A stretch of DNA of 64,000 nt from Candidatus Latescibacterota bacterium (GCA_963422735.1 OY730476.1:1664001-1728000); one strand, 5' to 3'; shown: positions 50,020 through 60,847, counted from the first letter of the stretch. Notes: a model not told the origin generated them from the letters alone. Translations and numbers: made by a program.

Positions 50020-50387
50020 GCTCTGTGCTCACCGGGCTGGACCTTTTAATCAACCCCGGAGACGGCGTCTTGGACAAGGTTGCGTGGTATGAAAGGGTGT
50101 ACGTGCAACAGGATGTGGTATTTTCCGACCTCAATGAAGATGGTCTGTTGGCCGCCGTGTTTGTCGATCGCAATTTTCGCCAGCCGGCACTCGTCGTCAG
50201 TGTGGGCAGAAAGAATGGTGTGCCACTCCGGGAGGGCCACTATCCACTGCAAGGGTTGGGCGGGACGGTCATAAGCGGCGATGTGGATGGAGACGGTGAT
50301 ATAGACTTGGCCGTGCTGGAGCATGCCGTGCGCGGTGGGGGCAGTGGTATATACATCCTGTCCAACCAGACAAAAACGGACGATTAA
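49983..50387 (+). pseudogene. FG-GAP repeat protein fragment (paralog of 47353..49497)
   Basis: SDLNEDGLL, PALVVSVG..GVPL.EG.Y.L.G.GG, GDVDGDGDIDL. Confidence 0.8.
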
Positions 50388-50573
50388 ATGGGCAACCAGA
50401 CGCGCATCCGCAAGAGGGTCAAAATCGAATAGACGAGCCGAGTCTGGAGCGGACATGCTGGAGACATGGCGCCAACACATAGCGGCTCACTGGCAGCGTT
50501 TCATGGAACGATTGAATGGGGATGGGGTGGGGACATGGGTTAGGCCCGGCCGAAAAGAGAGAGGCATAAGCCG

Positions 50574-51897
50574 ATGAGACGGCCATGGAAAGTACCGTTC
50601 CGAAAAAATAGAAAACTGCAAAGCTGCTTGGCGTTGTCGCTGGCCTTGCATCTGCTGGTGATGTTCGGCATCACGCACCGCGAGCGGGTTACTCAATTTC
50701 CCGTCCTCCCGCCGATCATGGTGGAGTTTACCAAACGGCCGCCGCCGCAACGCACGCTCACCCGCCGGCAACGGCCTCGCCAACGGCCCTTGGTGCGCCG
50801 TCCAGCACTCCAAGCCGCCCCGGTCGCCGCGGTGCGCCCGGCTCCCTCGGCGGCGCACCCGCCGCCGGTGTTCAAGTCATCGGCTCCTCGGCTGCCGACG
50901 GCGTCGCTGCCGGAGCAGCTAATGTTGCCCATCCCGGATTTCCCCGCTCGGCACATTGGTCCGCACCTGCACGTTGGGGCGTTGGAAGGGACGCGGCAGG
51001 GGCGGATGAGATTGACTTGTCCTTGGAGTTGATGGATGTGCAGGCGATGGACACCGGGCGGCACCGGGCGATGGTCGTAGTCGATCCAAACGATCGGCGC
51101 AAGCTCAAGGGCTTTCTCTATTTGTCCAATGTTTACAGCCCTTCTATTGAACGGGCTGAACAGGAAACATCACGCCGACTTTGGCAGACGCGCCAGCACT
51201 TTGGCAGACGCGCCAAATGCAAGAAAAACGGATGCTGCAAGGGTTGGCCGATAAGATGGTCGCCAGTACGCAGGTTCACGTCGAAGTACGCGACGCGGTC
51301 GCACTCGACGACCCGCAGCTTTTGCAGGTGCCCTTCGTGCTGCTGACGGCGAGTGCTCCCTTTGAGTTTACCGAGGCTGAGGCGGCCAATTTAGGGGCGT
51401 ATTTGACTTCGGGCGGCTTCCTGTTTGCGGAGATCGTGCGCGATTTGCGGCCCGATTACAGCTATGCCGAATTGGACATTCCCGCGGTGCGTTCCCTGAT
51501 TCGGCATAGCTTGCAGGTGGTGGGCTATCAAGAATGGAAGGACTGGCAGTTTACCCGTCTAGAGATAACCCATCCGATCTATCATTGCTTCTACGATATG
51601 TGCAGCCTCCCACGGGGGATGCGCGATATGCACTATGTAGGATCTCCGCCGCTAACTCCTGACTATTTGGAGGGCATAGTAGTAGGGGAACAGTTGGTGG
51701 GGGTGTATTCGATGCGCGGCTACGCCGACTTCTGGTCGGGAATCGGCCAGCAGGAGTGGGAGGCATTTGATGTGGTCAATAGTCCGTTTCTGTCCAGTGC
51801 CGAGGAGCCGTTGGTGTATAATTTGGGGGTGAATATCGTGGTGTACGCGTTGACGCGGGAAGGGTCATTGGCGCGGCAATTAGTCGATGCGGACTGA
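50574..51897 (+). pseudogene. DUF4159-domain protein split over three frames (paralog of 39141..40274)
   Basis: TM SLALHLL; LELMDVQAMDTGRHRAMV; YLTSGGF, HPIYHCFY, NIVVYALTREGS. Confidence 0.8.
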
Positions 51898-52084
51898 GGG
51901 ATGTTGTGTCGTGATACTACGTGATACTATAAACTGAGGAGGGCACTGCGAGGTATGGAAATCATTCTGTTAATTGATGAACGCAACGTTGCGATCCAGA
52001 GTGCGCGGGTCACACAAAATCGCGATGTACGCACCCAAGCGAAGGCTTGTCTCCTTTTGGGCCGTTCTACATGTGGCCCCAGTA

Positions 52085-52392
52085 CGGCCACCGCTATCGC
52101 GGCCGAGACGGCGACCACCCCCTCCAGGTGCCAACTATCCTAATCCGTTCAACCCGGCCACGACCATCCCCTTGGCCGTGCCCGCCCAAGCCGGGGATGT
52201 GGACTTAACGATCTACAACGTCTTGGGGCAGCCGGTGCGCCACGTGTGGGCAGGTTCGCTGGCGGCGGGCGGGCACCGACTGGCGTGGGATGGCCGAGAC
52301 GCGCAGGGTCAACCCGTCGCCGCTGGAGTCTATTTGTATCAGTTGCAGGTGGGCAACCAGACGCGCATCCGCAAGAGGGTCAAACTTGAATA
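52085..52392 (+). pseudogene. orphan FlgD-Ig tail fragment
   Basis: GANYPNPFNPATTIPL...RKRVKLE, nearly identical to the end of 47353..49497. Confidence 0.85.
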
Positions 52393-52453
52393 TGACGGCC
52401 GCCAATGCCGACCGGGATGATGAGCGAACCGTCGCGCAATTGTTCAATGGCAT

Positions 52454-53081
52454 CTACTTGGGCTTCCCTAGTTTGGTCGAGGCAGCCCCACTCCCGCCAA
52501 GACTGGCCGTTGTCGCGTCGCGCAAGACGGTATTAACCGCCCGAATGACTCGGCCGCCGTCGCGGGTGAGCATGACCGTGTGCCCGTCGCTCATTTGGGC
52601 GTGGGTAGCACCGCCGTCGGTGACGATGAGGGTAGCCTGGGGTTCGGCGTACCAGTTGCGGTCGTTGGTCCAAGGCAGGACGCGGTGCTCGGCCGGAATT
52701 TCGCGTACGGCGCTGTGCTTTGAGTAGATGACGCCTTGATCGTCGGCTTCAAAGACTGGGTAGTTGACGAAGATATAGTCTTCAGGGGCGATGGGCTGAC
52801 CATTGCCATCGAGGAGGCGGGCGCGGAATTCGCCGATAAAGGGGAAGTCGAAGCTTAGTTTGCGCTCGGTGCGGCCCGGCGAGGGGTGGGCGAAGATCAC
52901 CCGGCCGCCGACTAGTTCGCTGATTTCCAAAGTGAAGGGCGCGTTGCGCGGCTCGCGGCTGTGGTTGTAGGCCGTCCAATGGCGCGTCGGCGAGACGGAT
53001 GAGGGCTTGCCACTGCGGCTTCAACGGCGCATCGGGTCTCGAAGGGAGCCGCCTGCGGCCTGCGTTCCATTCGCGCCGCAT
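52454..53081 (-). pseudogene. fragmented hypothetical protein
   Basis: Protein-like ORF 52454..52930 stays open upstream to about 53020 without a good start; a possible N-terminal piece lies in another frame. Confidence 0.4.
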
Positions 53082-53116
53082 CGAACTAGATCACCACTCC
53101 GGCTTGCGAGGAAACC

Positions 53117-54706
53117 ATGGCAGAGCAAACGGCCGCGCCCAACTACGGCATCATGTACAACTGGGATGGTGCGCCCCACGGCTACAGCGAGTACCCCCAA
53201 TCGCTGGCCCAGTTCCTCGACAAAGTGTACGCGCCGCTGGCGGATACTCAGGTGGGAGCCTTGTGCTGGTGCGTGGGCGTCCACGAAGTGCCTTGGCCGT
53301 CGCAGCAATTGGATGTGGTAGGGGCCTCAACCGGGCGACGCTACGATTCGGTGCAGACGATGCGCCACACCGAAAACATCCGCGCCTTTTTTGAGCGAGG
53401 GGACGATCTGTACGGGGCGCTGATGCAGCGCGGGCGCGAACTGGGCATGGCGGTGCTGCCGTCGCTGCGCATGAACGACAACCATTTCTGGGATTTGCGT
53501 CCGGGGGATCTGGGCGGCTTGCAACGGGCCGAGCTGACGCCGCTGCGGCAGCAGCACCCCGAGTGGCTTTTGGGCGAGGAGCAGGCGCCGGGCTGGGCCT
53601 CGACTTCGTGGAATATGGCCATCCCCCAAGTGCGGGCGTACGTCTTACAGCGCGTCGTCGAAGCCTGCCGCTTGGCCGATTGGGACGGCGTGGAATTGGA
53701 TTGGCAGCGGCACGCCTTTCACTTGCCAGCCGACGATGCGCACCGACTGCGCTACGTTTTGACCGATCTCATGCGGGCCGTGCGGACGCAGACCGACCAG
53801 ATCGCCGAGGAACGGGGGCGGCCCTTTCACGTGGCCGTGCGGGTGGCCACTACTTTTGAAGCCTGCCGCCGCATTGGCTACGATGTCGAAACTTGGGTGC
53901 GGGATGGATTGTGCGATGTGGTTATCAGCGGCGGCAATTCGGGGACCGATATAGGGGCCGAGGTTGAGCGTTTTGTCGAATTGTGCCGTCCCCACAGCGT
54001 GCGCTTCTACGCTGGTTTTGACTCGGACGGGCGACAACAAGCGCGGCGCTTGCGACCCCACGAGGTATGGCGCATCGATTGGTTCCGCGGCTTGGCGCAA
54101 GACCAGCTATCGCGCGGGGCGGACGGGGTGTACGTGTTCAACTGGCACGGCCACGCCCAGACGCATCGACCGTTGCTCACGACCATAGGGTCAGCAGAAA
54201 CACTGGCCGGCTTGGACAAAGTGTACACCACCCTGCACCGCAGCATTGGCCCCAAGACCGGGAACCGGGTGGATGCCGAGCGCGACGACCGCTTGTACGG
54301 CGAGGTGCCGGTGGTGCTGTATCCCACGCTAACGGACAGTGGGCCAATCTTCCACATCCGAGTTAGCGACGAGGTCGAGACCGAGGGCCAATTAGCCGCT
54401 GCCGAGTTGCAAATCGAAATGGCTCACTGGTCGCCCGCCGATCGGATCGAGGTGGTGTTGGACGGAGTCGTGTTGGGGACGCCTGTGGTGCGCGATGCCG
54501 CGGCCGAAGATCCGAGCGCTCCGAGCGATGTGTCGGAGAACGCTTGGCTTTGCTGGCGCTTGACCGCGGCACAGGTGAAACGCGGCGTCCACCAAGTCCG
54601 GCTGCGTCTGCTGGAGCGGGATGGGCGGCTGCGGGTGCCCCTGCAGGTTGAGCAGGTGGAAATCTATTTGCAGTACCCCAAAACTATAGAAGCCTTTGAC
54701 GGCTGA
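53117..54706 (+). CDS. GHL10-like (family 10 glycoside-hydrolase-like) TIM-barrel protein
   Basis: YNWDG, SLRMNDNH, QHPEWL, DGVELDW.R, GADGVYVFN. Confidence 0.85.
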   Translation: MAEQTAAPNYGIMYNWDGAPHGYSEYPQSLAQFLDKVYAPLADTQVGALCWCVGVHEVPWPSQQLDVVGASTGRRYDSVQTMRHTENIRAFFERGDDLYGALMQRGRELGMAVLPSLRMNDNHFWDLRPGDLGGLQRAELTPLRQQHPEWLLGEEQAPGWASTSWNMAIPQVRAYVLQRVVEACRLADWDGVELDWQRHAFHLPADDAHRLRYVLTDLMRAVRTQTDQIAEERGRPFHVAVRVATTFEACRRIGYDVETWVRDGLCDVVISGGNSGTDIGAEVERFVELCRPHSVRFYAGFDSDGRQQARRLRPHEVWRIDWFRGLAQDQLSRGADGVYVFNWHGHAQTHRPLLTTIGSAETLAGLDKVYTTLHRSIGPKTGNRVDAERDDRLYGEVPVVLYPTLTDSGPIFHIRVSDEVETEGQLAAAELQIEMAHWSPADRIEVVLDGVVLGTPVVRDAAAEDPSAPSDVSENAWLCWRLTAAQVKRGVHQVRLRLLERDGRLRVPLQVEQVEIYLQYPKTIEAFDG

Positions 54707-55699
54707 AACGACCGCGCCCCAACGAACTGTTTGGCCTTGCCGAGCGCATCAAGCAAAAACTCAACGAAATGTCCAGTACGCAGAATATCGGCGACGATTG
54801 GGTCCCAAAAATCAAAAAATCGCCGTTGAAATCGGCCCGCCCAAGACCCACAACGCCGGCCTGACTAACCAAGATATCGCCCTTTCGCTACAGACCGCGC
54901 TCACCGGGTTCAACACGGGTGCTTTCCGCGAAAGCGACCAAAGCCTGCACAACGAAAGCAGTCAAGATGTCGATGTGCGCCAGTTAGAGAGCATCAACAT
55001 CTACGCCCAAGGGTCGGGCAAAAACGTGCCCTTGGGACAAGTGGCGCAGATTGTGCCCCAGTGGCAATTGGCCAAGATCAAACGGCGCGATTTGTACCGC
55101 GCCTTGACCGTGACCTGCGATGCCAAAAGCGGCTTTACGGCGCAGGATATCACCGATGTGCTCATCCCTTGGCTCGAAGAAGACAGCAAATCTTGGAAGC
55201 AGGGCTATCGCCACGAGCGGGGCGGCGAGTCCGAGCAGATGCGGTCGTCGCCAAGCTGCCTCTGTCCGGCTTTATCATTCTGGTGCTGTTGATTGTTCAG
55301 TTCAACCCCTTCCGCAAAACCTTCACCATTCCTCTCGGCTTGATTGGGGTCATCGCCGGATTGCTCGTCTTCCGCTCGTTCTTTGGTTTTTTCGCCTTTC
55401 TCGGATTGATTTCGCTGGCCGGTATCGTCATCAACAACGCGATCGTGCTCCTAGACTGCATAGACCGATCCGGGCAGACGCCTATTGAGGCGATTGTCGC
55501 CGCGGCTCAGCAGCGTTTTCGCCCCATCCTGCTGACCACCTGTACGACGACGCTGAGGCTTATTCCTCTCTATTTTGGCGGTGGGTTGATGCGGGAGCCG
55601 ATGGCGGTGGCCATCATGGTGGGCTTGCTTTTTACCACCGCGATTACCTTGCTGTTTGTGCCGGTGCTCTACAAAATTCTCTTTGCGGTCAAAAATTGA
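54696..55699 (+). pseudogene. C-terminal remnant of an AcrB/RND efflux permease, frameshifted
   Basis: VPLGQVA, GGE.E, LAGIVINNAIVL, RFRPILLTT, LLFVPVLY. Confidence 0.9.
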
Positions 55700-55787
55700 T
55701 CTACGATTTTTAACGCGCATCCTCTGAGGTGCCCGTGCATCGCAGACTATCTGACGGGCCGCAGACGACCAAACAATAGGAGGCGTC

Positions 55788-56270
55788 GTGAAAGTCACGG
55801 AGATAGAAGTACACGAAATCAGCCTAGAGTACCAAGACTGGATCGCCTATCCGGTCAGCCACTACCAAGGCGTACCCCGGCGCACGGTGTACGTGGCCCA
55901 CACCGATACTGGTCTGATCGGCCTAGGCGAGGGCGGCCGCACCGAGCCGCAGGAAGTAATAGACCAATACCTAGGCAGCAATCCCTTTGAATGGATGGGC
56001 GATGAAGTCTCCCTTGGGCTGGGCACGGCCATGTACGATTTGATGGGCCAGGCCGCCGGGGTACCGGTGTACAAGCTCTTCGGCCAGAAGTACCGCTCGT
56101 GGGTGCCGGTGGGCAGTTGGACCGTGTCGAGTGCTCCTAGCCACATGGCCGAGGCCGTGGAGCACTACGCCGCCCCCATTGAGACTGAGTACTGGGATGA
56201 CGACGGCACACCCGAATTCGCCCAGATGATGGCGCGGTTGGTGGAGGAGGGGACGGTATTGGAGCGATGA
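55788..56270 (+). pseudogene. mandelate racemase/enolase-family gene with a large internal deletion
   Basis: TDTGLIGLGE and AMYDLMGQAAGVPVYKLFG present; the barrel domain is missing (160 aa). Confidence 0.8.
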
Positions 56271-56298
56271 AGGTCAAGTTTTTCGAGGAGGGAGTTTG

Positions 56299-56991
56299 AT
56301 GAGTATTCCGGTTGATGATACGTCCCTGATTGCCCGAGGGGATGGTTTGTGGTCGATTTGTGAGCCATTCTCGTTGTTCGGAGCCCGTTTTGGGCGGCGC
56401 ATGATGCTATTGTCTCGAAATGGCGTGACGGGCGCACTGTCACCGAACCAAGGCCTGCGCGAGACGATCCACGCGTCGTTGGGTCGGGATTGGGATGTGG
56501 ATTACTTGATCGCGCCGACGGGGTTCCACGATACGTACTTTTGTGAAGTTTCCCAAGAGTACCCCGCTGCTCGACGCTTGGTTTCCGCAGCGTTTCCGCA
56601 GCACCTTGTAGAGGCCGAGACGCTGGAGAATGCGTGGCCGGAGGCGTGGAAGGATGATCTGGTTTGCTACCCAATTGACGGCATGCCTAGGGTGCAGGAG
56701 ATAGTCATCTACGATCGCGCCAATCAAGCACTCTTGGTCAGTGATCTTGTCTTTTTCTTCGATGCGTCATGGGACCTTTGGTCGAGAATGTTTACCCAAC
56801 TTGCTGGAGTTTACGGCAAGCCCCGGCTGAGCCGCTTGTTCCGCATGATGATCAAGGATAAGCGAGCTTTTCTAAAGTCCCTAGAACCGCTCTTGGACTT
56901 GCCGCTGAGGAACATCTTGCCTACCCACGGAAAAGCAATCCTCGGTGATGGCCAGGCCGTCATGGCAGATCTCTATGCTCAGATCGCTTGA
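56299..56991 (+). CDS. DUF4336 domain protein
   Basis: GRRM, IAPTGFH, EIV.YD....LLVSDL, ILPTHG. Confidence 0.8.
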   Translation: MSIPVDDTSLIARGDGLWSICEPFSLFGARFGRRMMLLSRNGVTGALSPNQGLRETIHASLGRDWDVDYLIAPTGFHDTYFCEVSQEYPAARRLVSAAFPQHLVEAETLENAWPEAWKDDLVCYPIDGMPRVQEIVIYDRANQALLVSDLVFFFDASWDLWSRMFTQLAGVYGKPRLSRLFRMMIKDKRAFLKSLEPLLDLPLRNILPTHGKAILGDGQAVMADLYAQIA

Positions 56992-57141
56992 GTGTGTCGG
57001 TCTGATAATGCTTGAGATGATGGCGCGGGATTGCTAAGAAGCGTTCTTAAAATTCCCGTGCTGGCTTCGTGGTTCGTGGTTCGTTCCCCCGGCCCATAGG
57101 GGCGTAGTGTGGAGACCACTAATCGCTGCCCGATGAGTACG

Positions 57142-57435
57142 CTATCGATGAGAGATTGGGCGTTTTGCCAAGCGCGGCGAAAAATGTAGTGCTCCCAAAT
57201 CTCGATCGTGCCCCATCAACTCGCCGGCCCGGGTGTCGTGCAGCATGGTGCGGCCCTCGCCTAGGCAAAAGGCAATGGCTTCGACCGTGGTGCCGGCTAG
57301 TTCGTCGCTCAAGGCGATGTACTCCTCTTCGTGCATGGGCGGCTCGTAGCAGTAGATGTGGGGGTGCCGGCCGTCGCGGTAGTAGATGATTTGGGGTTGG
57401 TTCACGGCGCGATCCTTTTCCTCTGAGAATTCCAA
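57142..57435 (-). pseudogene. N-terminal fragment of a GHL10-like protein
   Basis: IYYRDGRHPHIY.YEPPM...LAGT.VEA...GEGRT; truncated. Confidence 0.6.
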
Positions 57436-57439
57436 ACCC

Positions 57440-58702
57440 CTACGGCTTGTCGATCAGGACGATCCGGTTGGTGTTGGTGCCTTTTTTGCGGTTATCCACG
57501 CCCCAGCAGTTTGCAGTTTTGGTGAACATCTGATCGTTGACCAACACCATCAGCGGCTCGAGTCCGGCCTCTATTGCCGCGGGCGCGACTAGAGTTTCCA
57601 GTAGTACTTCTCCGTTGCGAACCTCGCCCACCTCAAAGGCGACAAAGCCCCCTTTTGCGAGGATTCGGTGTAGCTCCCGGAAGGTGCGGGTTATGGCAGC
57701 TTGCCAGTCGGCTGGTTTTTTTAATTGCCACATAGCCACCTCTTTGGCATCGATGTCGTTAAACCAGCAGCGCAACCAGTTGTCCGCTTGGTAGTTGACG
57801 ATGTCCAAAAAGGGAGGCGAGGTAACGATGAGTTGGACGGATTCACTGGCGATGGCAGGGGTGTTGTCGGACGAGCCGATTACGAGCAGCGGAGTACTAG
57901 CCGCCAGTGTATCCAAGTCGTGCGTTTGCAGCTTGCCTAGTAGGGACCGCGTTTTGCGAAGGATGATGGCCTTTAGGTCGCGCTCCGGGGGTGTCTGCTG
58001 GCGTCTGGTGTTGATTTTTTTTTGCGATTCGATGGACACCGCCTGATTGGGCGGCAGCGTATATACAGAGAAAAACCCCGGTGAGTGCCCGGTCAGGCGG
58101 TTGGTCGCCACCATCTGAATCCACGCATCAGCGCGATCTAATGTCCCCTCTTGGCGGCGCGTGAGAAGGTAGGAGCGTAGGTTGGCGATTTGGCGGAGCG
58201 TGTTGGGGTGATAAAAAACGAGAAGATCGTCCCAGACCTCGATCGCTTTGTCGAGATCGAGCGAGGTCAAGCGCTTTTCTACCTCTGTCGATTCGGGTGG
58301 GTCCAAGCGAGGGCCGACCAGCCGCTCACTCAGGGGATTTATGTCGCAGCCGATGGGGCGGCGGCCCAACAGCGCCGCTTCGAGCACGGTAGTGCCGCGC
58401 CCCATGAACGGGTCGTACACCGCGTCTTTGGGCTGGGTCAGTCGGCTGATGAAAAAGCGCGGCAACTGTGGCTTGAAACAGGCGCGATAGGAGACCTCGT
58501 GGAGCGAATGAGCAGCGCGCTGCTTGGAGGTCCAGAACTCGTTGACGTATACCGGAATGGAAATGGTTGGATCGGGAAAATCGAGGATGTGCGTCTCTTT
58601 GCCAAAATCTGCAAAGGCCCTGATCTCGGCGGCGAATTCCTTGGCGTTTAGGGGCCGCTGTCGAGAGGTCTGGTGGGCGAATAATTCGAGTTGTGTAGTC
58701 AC
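57440..58702 (-). CDS. DNA amino-methyltransferase (probably N4-cytosine; motif I precedes motif IV)
   Basis: YRACFKPQL, DPFMGRGTT, VTSPPF. Confidence 0.9.
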   Translation of the reverse strand: MTTQLELFAHQTSRQRPLNAKEFAAEIRAFADFGKETHILDFPDPTISIPVYVNEFWTSKQRAAHSLHEVSYRACFKPQLPRFFISRLTQPKDAVYDPFMGRGTTVLEAALLGRRPIGCDINPLSERLVGPRLDPPESTEVEKRLTSLDLDKAIEVWDDLLVFYHPNTLRQIANLRSYLLTRRQEGTLDRADAWIQMVATNRLTGHSPGFFSVYTLPPNQAVSIESQKKINTRRQQTPPERDLKAIILRKTRSLLGKLQTHDLDTLAASTPLLVIGSSDNTPAIASESVQLIVTSPPFLDIVNYQADNWLRCWFNDIDAKEVAMWQLKKPADWQAAITRTFRELHRILAKGGFVAFEVGEVRNGEVLLETLVAPAAIEAGLEPLMVLVNDQMFTKTANCWGVDNRKKGTNTNRIVLIDKP

Positions 58703-59001
58703 TAGATACTCATAAGCAAAGTGAGTGCCTTAGCGCGGCTTATCTTCGATGCTGAACTAAGTTCGCCCTGATGCCACCACGCCCGTACGATGTCCACGGG
58801 AATTTTCCAGTATGGTATGGAGGGAAAGCACTGGATGTCAGATACAATATAACCAGCTATATGGTCTAGTTTTTGCAAGAAGCCATCCTCGTCAAAGTGC
58901 CTACCTGATCCAACCATATAGCTGGGACAGAAATAGATGCCACCTTTAGACACGCTGCGAACATTCCACTTTAAGAAACCATTAGCAGTATCCACGTTCA
59001 T
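58702..59001 (-). pseudogene. probable C-terminal remnant of the cognate restriction endonuclease
   Basis: AT-rich 99-aa ORF whose stop overlaps the MTase start; KW.VRS resembles a nuclease strand; too short for a full REase. Confidence 0.45.
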
Positions 59002-59097
59002 GTTTTCTTTCTGTACTCGAAAGCCTTTACGTTCCTAAGCAGTCGGCTGGGGCCGATCAGGACTTCCATGGACCTCTGTATCGGACGAGCCGACACC

Positions 59098-59745
59098 TCA
59101 GTGGACCTCCACGCCCACCTTTTGCGCCAACTCGTGAATGTACTGGCGCGCCCGAGTATTTTCCCAGTCCGTGTCGGGGGAATTGACGTACACCGGTGAG
59201 GCGACTGTCCCCGAAACTCCGACGTCTCGGTAGTGTTCTATGGTGAGCAGCACATCCTCATCCAATTCGCCTAAGCGTCTCAATTAGGTCTCGTAGAAGC
59301 CATGTCGTCGAGCAGGCGGCACAGTTGTGCGGGCGCATCGAGCGGTCCGCGATTGCCGGGATGGACGCCCAAGTTTTCGGCATTGACCGCCGCTTGGGCC
59401 ATGCCCTGCACCAGCCGATGCCAACCTCTCGACCACAGGTCGCCTTCCTCGGGCCGCTAGCCATGACGCTGACGCCGACGCAGTGAGCCTTGAGGGTACG
59501 GGACGGCGCGAAAATTTTGGGCCAAGAATTCGCTGGTTTCTCGGCGGCTAGGCTAGCAGAACAAGGTGACCTCGCCGATAAAGCAGCCCTGTGCTTCAAC
59601 CGCGGCTCGGCACCATAGGCGATATGGCCGATCCCTTTGACGCCCATCTGAGCCAGGCGCTGCAACATGCTGTCGATGTTGTCGGGGTTGACGCCGCTCT
59701 AGAATCCCACAGTTGTACCTCTATTAGCGGATCAGTGATCAGTCC
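59098..59745 (-). pseudogene. degraded sugar phosphate isomerase/epimerase (xylose-isomerase-like TIM barrel)
   Basis: Fragments across frames: GWHRLVQGMAQAAVNAENLGVHP...LCRLLDD and LTIEH. Confidence 0.55.
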
Positions 59746-59774
59746 CCCAGCCCCGCCCGGGAGCAGTGCGGGGG

Positions 59775-59802
59775 CTGGCCACTGGCCACTGGCCACTGGC
59801 CA
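59775..59802 (+). repeat. heptamer tandem repeat (CTGGCCA)4 next to a GC hairpin
   Basis: Seen directly; preceded by CCAGCCCCGC...GCGGGGGCTGG. Confidence 0.85.
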
Positions 59803-60006
59803 CTTCAATTATCGGGGACAAGCCGGGTGGAGTGGGCGACCTACTTGCTTCCGGTGCGGCTGCGGATAGGAGGATCGTGGCGTTTGACTTTCTGCTTGAA
59901 AATATCTTGAATCCCTTAACGTACGAGCGTACTCTGCGGACAAATTGCGCGTTTTCGCCGGGTAGCCCGCGTGGTAAAAAGTTAGCTACAAGGAGGATTG
60001 AGTTCC

Positions 60007-60843
60007 ATGAGCGAGTCGAAGAGCGATGCGAGATACACGATGGGACGCACCCAAGGGGAGGAGGAGCGTCTGATTCAGCAGTCGCAGTTGTACGATGCTG
60101 TGACGCGGCGTTTCCTCAAAGAGGCGGGCCTCAGCAGCGGGATGAAGGTACTCGATATTGGCAGCGGTGCCGGGGATGTGGCTCTGACAGCCGCCGAGTT
60201 GGTCGGTCCAGAAGGGATTGTCGTGGGCGTGGATGTAAATGCGGCGATTCTCGAAACGGCGCAGGCACGGGCGCAGGAAGCCGGGTTTGCCAACGTCGAA
60301 TTCATCGCGGGGGATGCCCGGACTCTGGACCTCGGAAACGATTTCGACGCCCTGATCGGTCGGCTGGTCCTCATGTATATGGCCGATCCCACCGACGCCC
60401 TAAAACAGCTAGCGACCCGCTTGCGCCCGGGGGGGATCGCGGCCTTTCAGGAGGCTGATTTCACGCCCTATCGGTGGCTTACTCATCCAGACACGCCCTT
60501 GGCGAACCAGCTAATCGAGTGGGCTCTCGGAGTATTCGAGCGCTCCGGGGCGCATATTGGCATGGGCCTCGACCTGTACCGCGCTTTTGTCGAGGCTGGT
60601 TTGCCCGAGCCTGCCATGCACTTCGAGTCTCCGGTCGGCGGTCCAAAGATGTGGGCGGGGTACCAATTCGTTGTCAACAGCTTTCGCAGTATGCTCCCGC
60701 TCATAGAAGAGTACGGGATTGCGACGGCAGAAGAGGTCGATGTGGAAACCCTCGCCGAGCGGGTTCGGCGAGAAGTGGTCGCGGCGAAACGCCCGTTTGC
60801 CCTGCCGCCCCATGTAACCGCTTGGGCACAGCTTGCGAGCTAA
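60007..60843 (+). CDS. class I SAM-dependent methyltransferase
   Basis: EEERL..QS, VLDIGSGAGDV, GRLVLMY, LRPGG; AGGAGG RBS. Confidence 0.92.
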   Translation: MSESKSDARYTMGRTQGEEERLIQQSQLYDAVTRRFLKEAGLSSGMKVLDIGSGAGDVALTAAELVGPEGIVVGVDVNAAILETAQARAQEAGFANVEFIAGDARTLDLGNDFDALIGRLVLMYMADPTDALKQLATRLRPGGIAAFQEADFTPYRWLTHPDTPLANQLIEWALGVFERSGAHIGMGLDLYRAFVEAGLPEPAMHFESPVGGPKMWAGYQFVVNSFRSMLPLIEEYGIATAEEVDVETLAERVRREVVAAKRPFALPPHVTAWAQLAS

Positions 60844-60847
60844 AGCA

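Larger units (their letters stand above)
49178..52392 (+). repeat. three dispersed copies of the FlgD-tail 3' sequence (about 49178-49549, 50395-50485, 52085-52392)
   Basis: All share ACCAGACGCGCATCCGCAAGA.GGTCAAA...GAATA; copies 1 and 2 also share the downstream GGAGCGGACATGCTGGAGA...GCGCCAACACATAGCGG. Confidence 0.9.
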
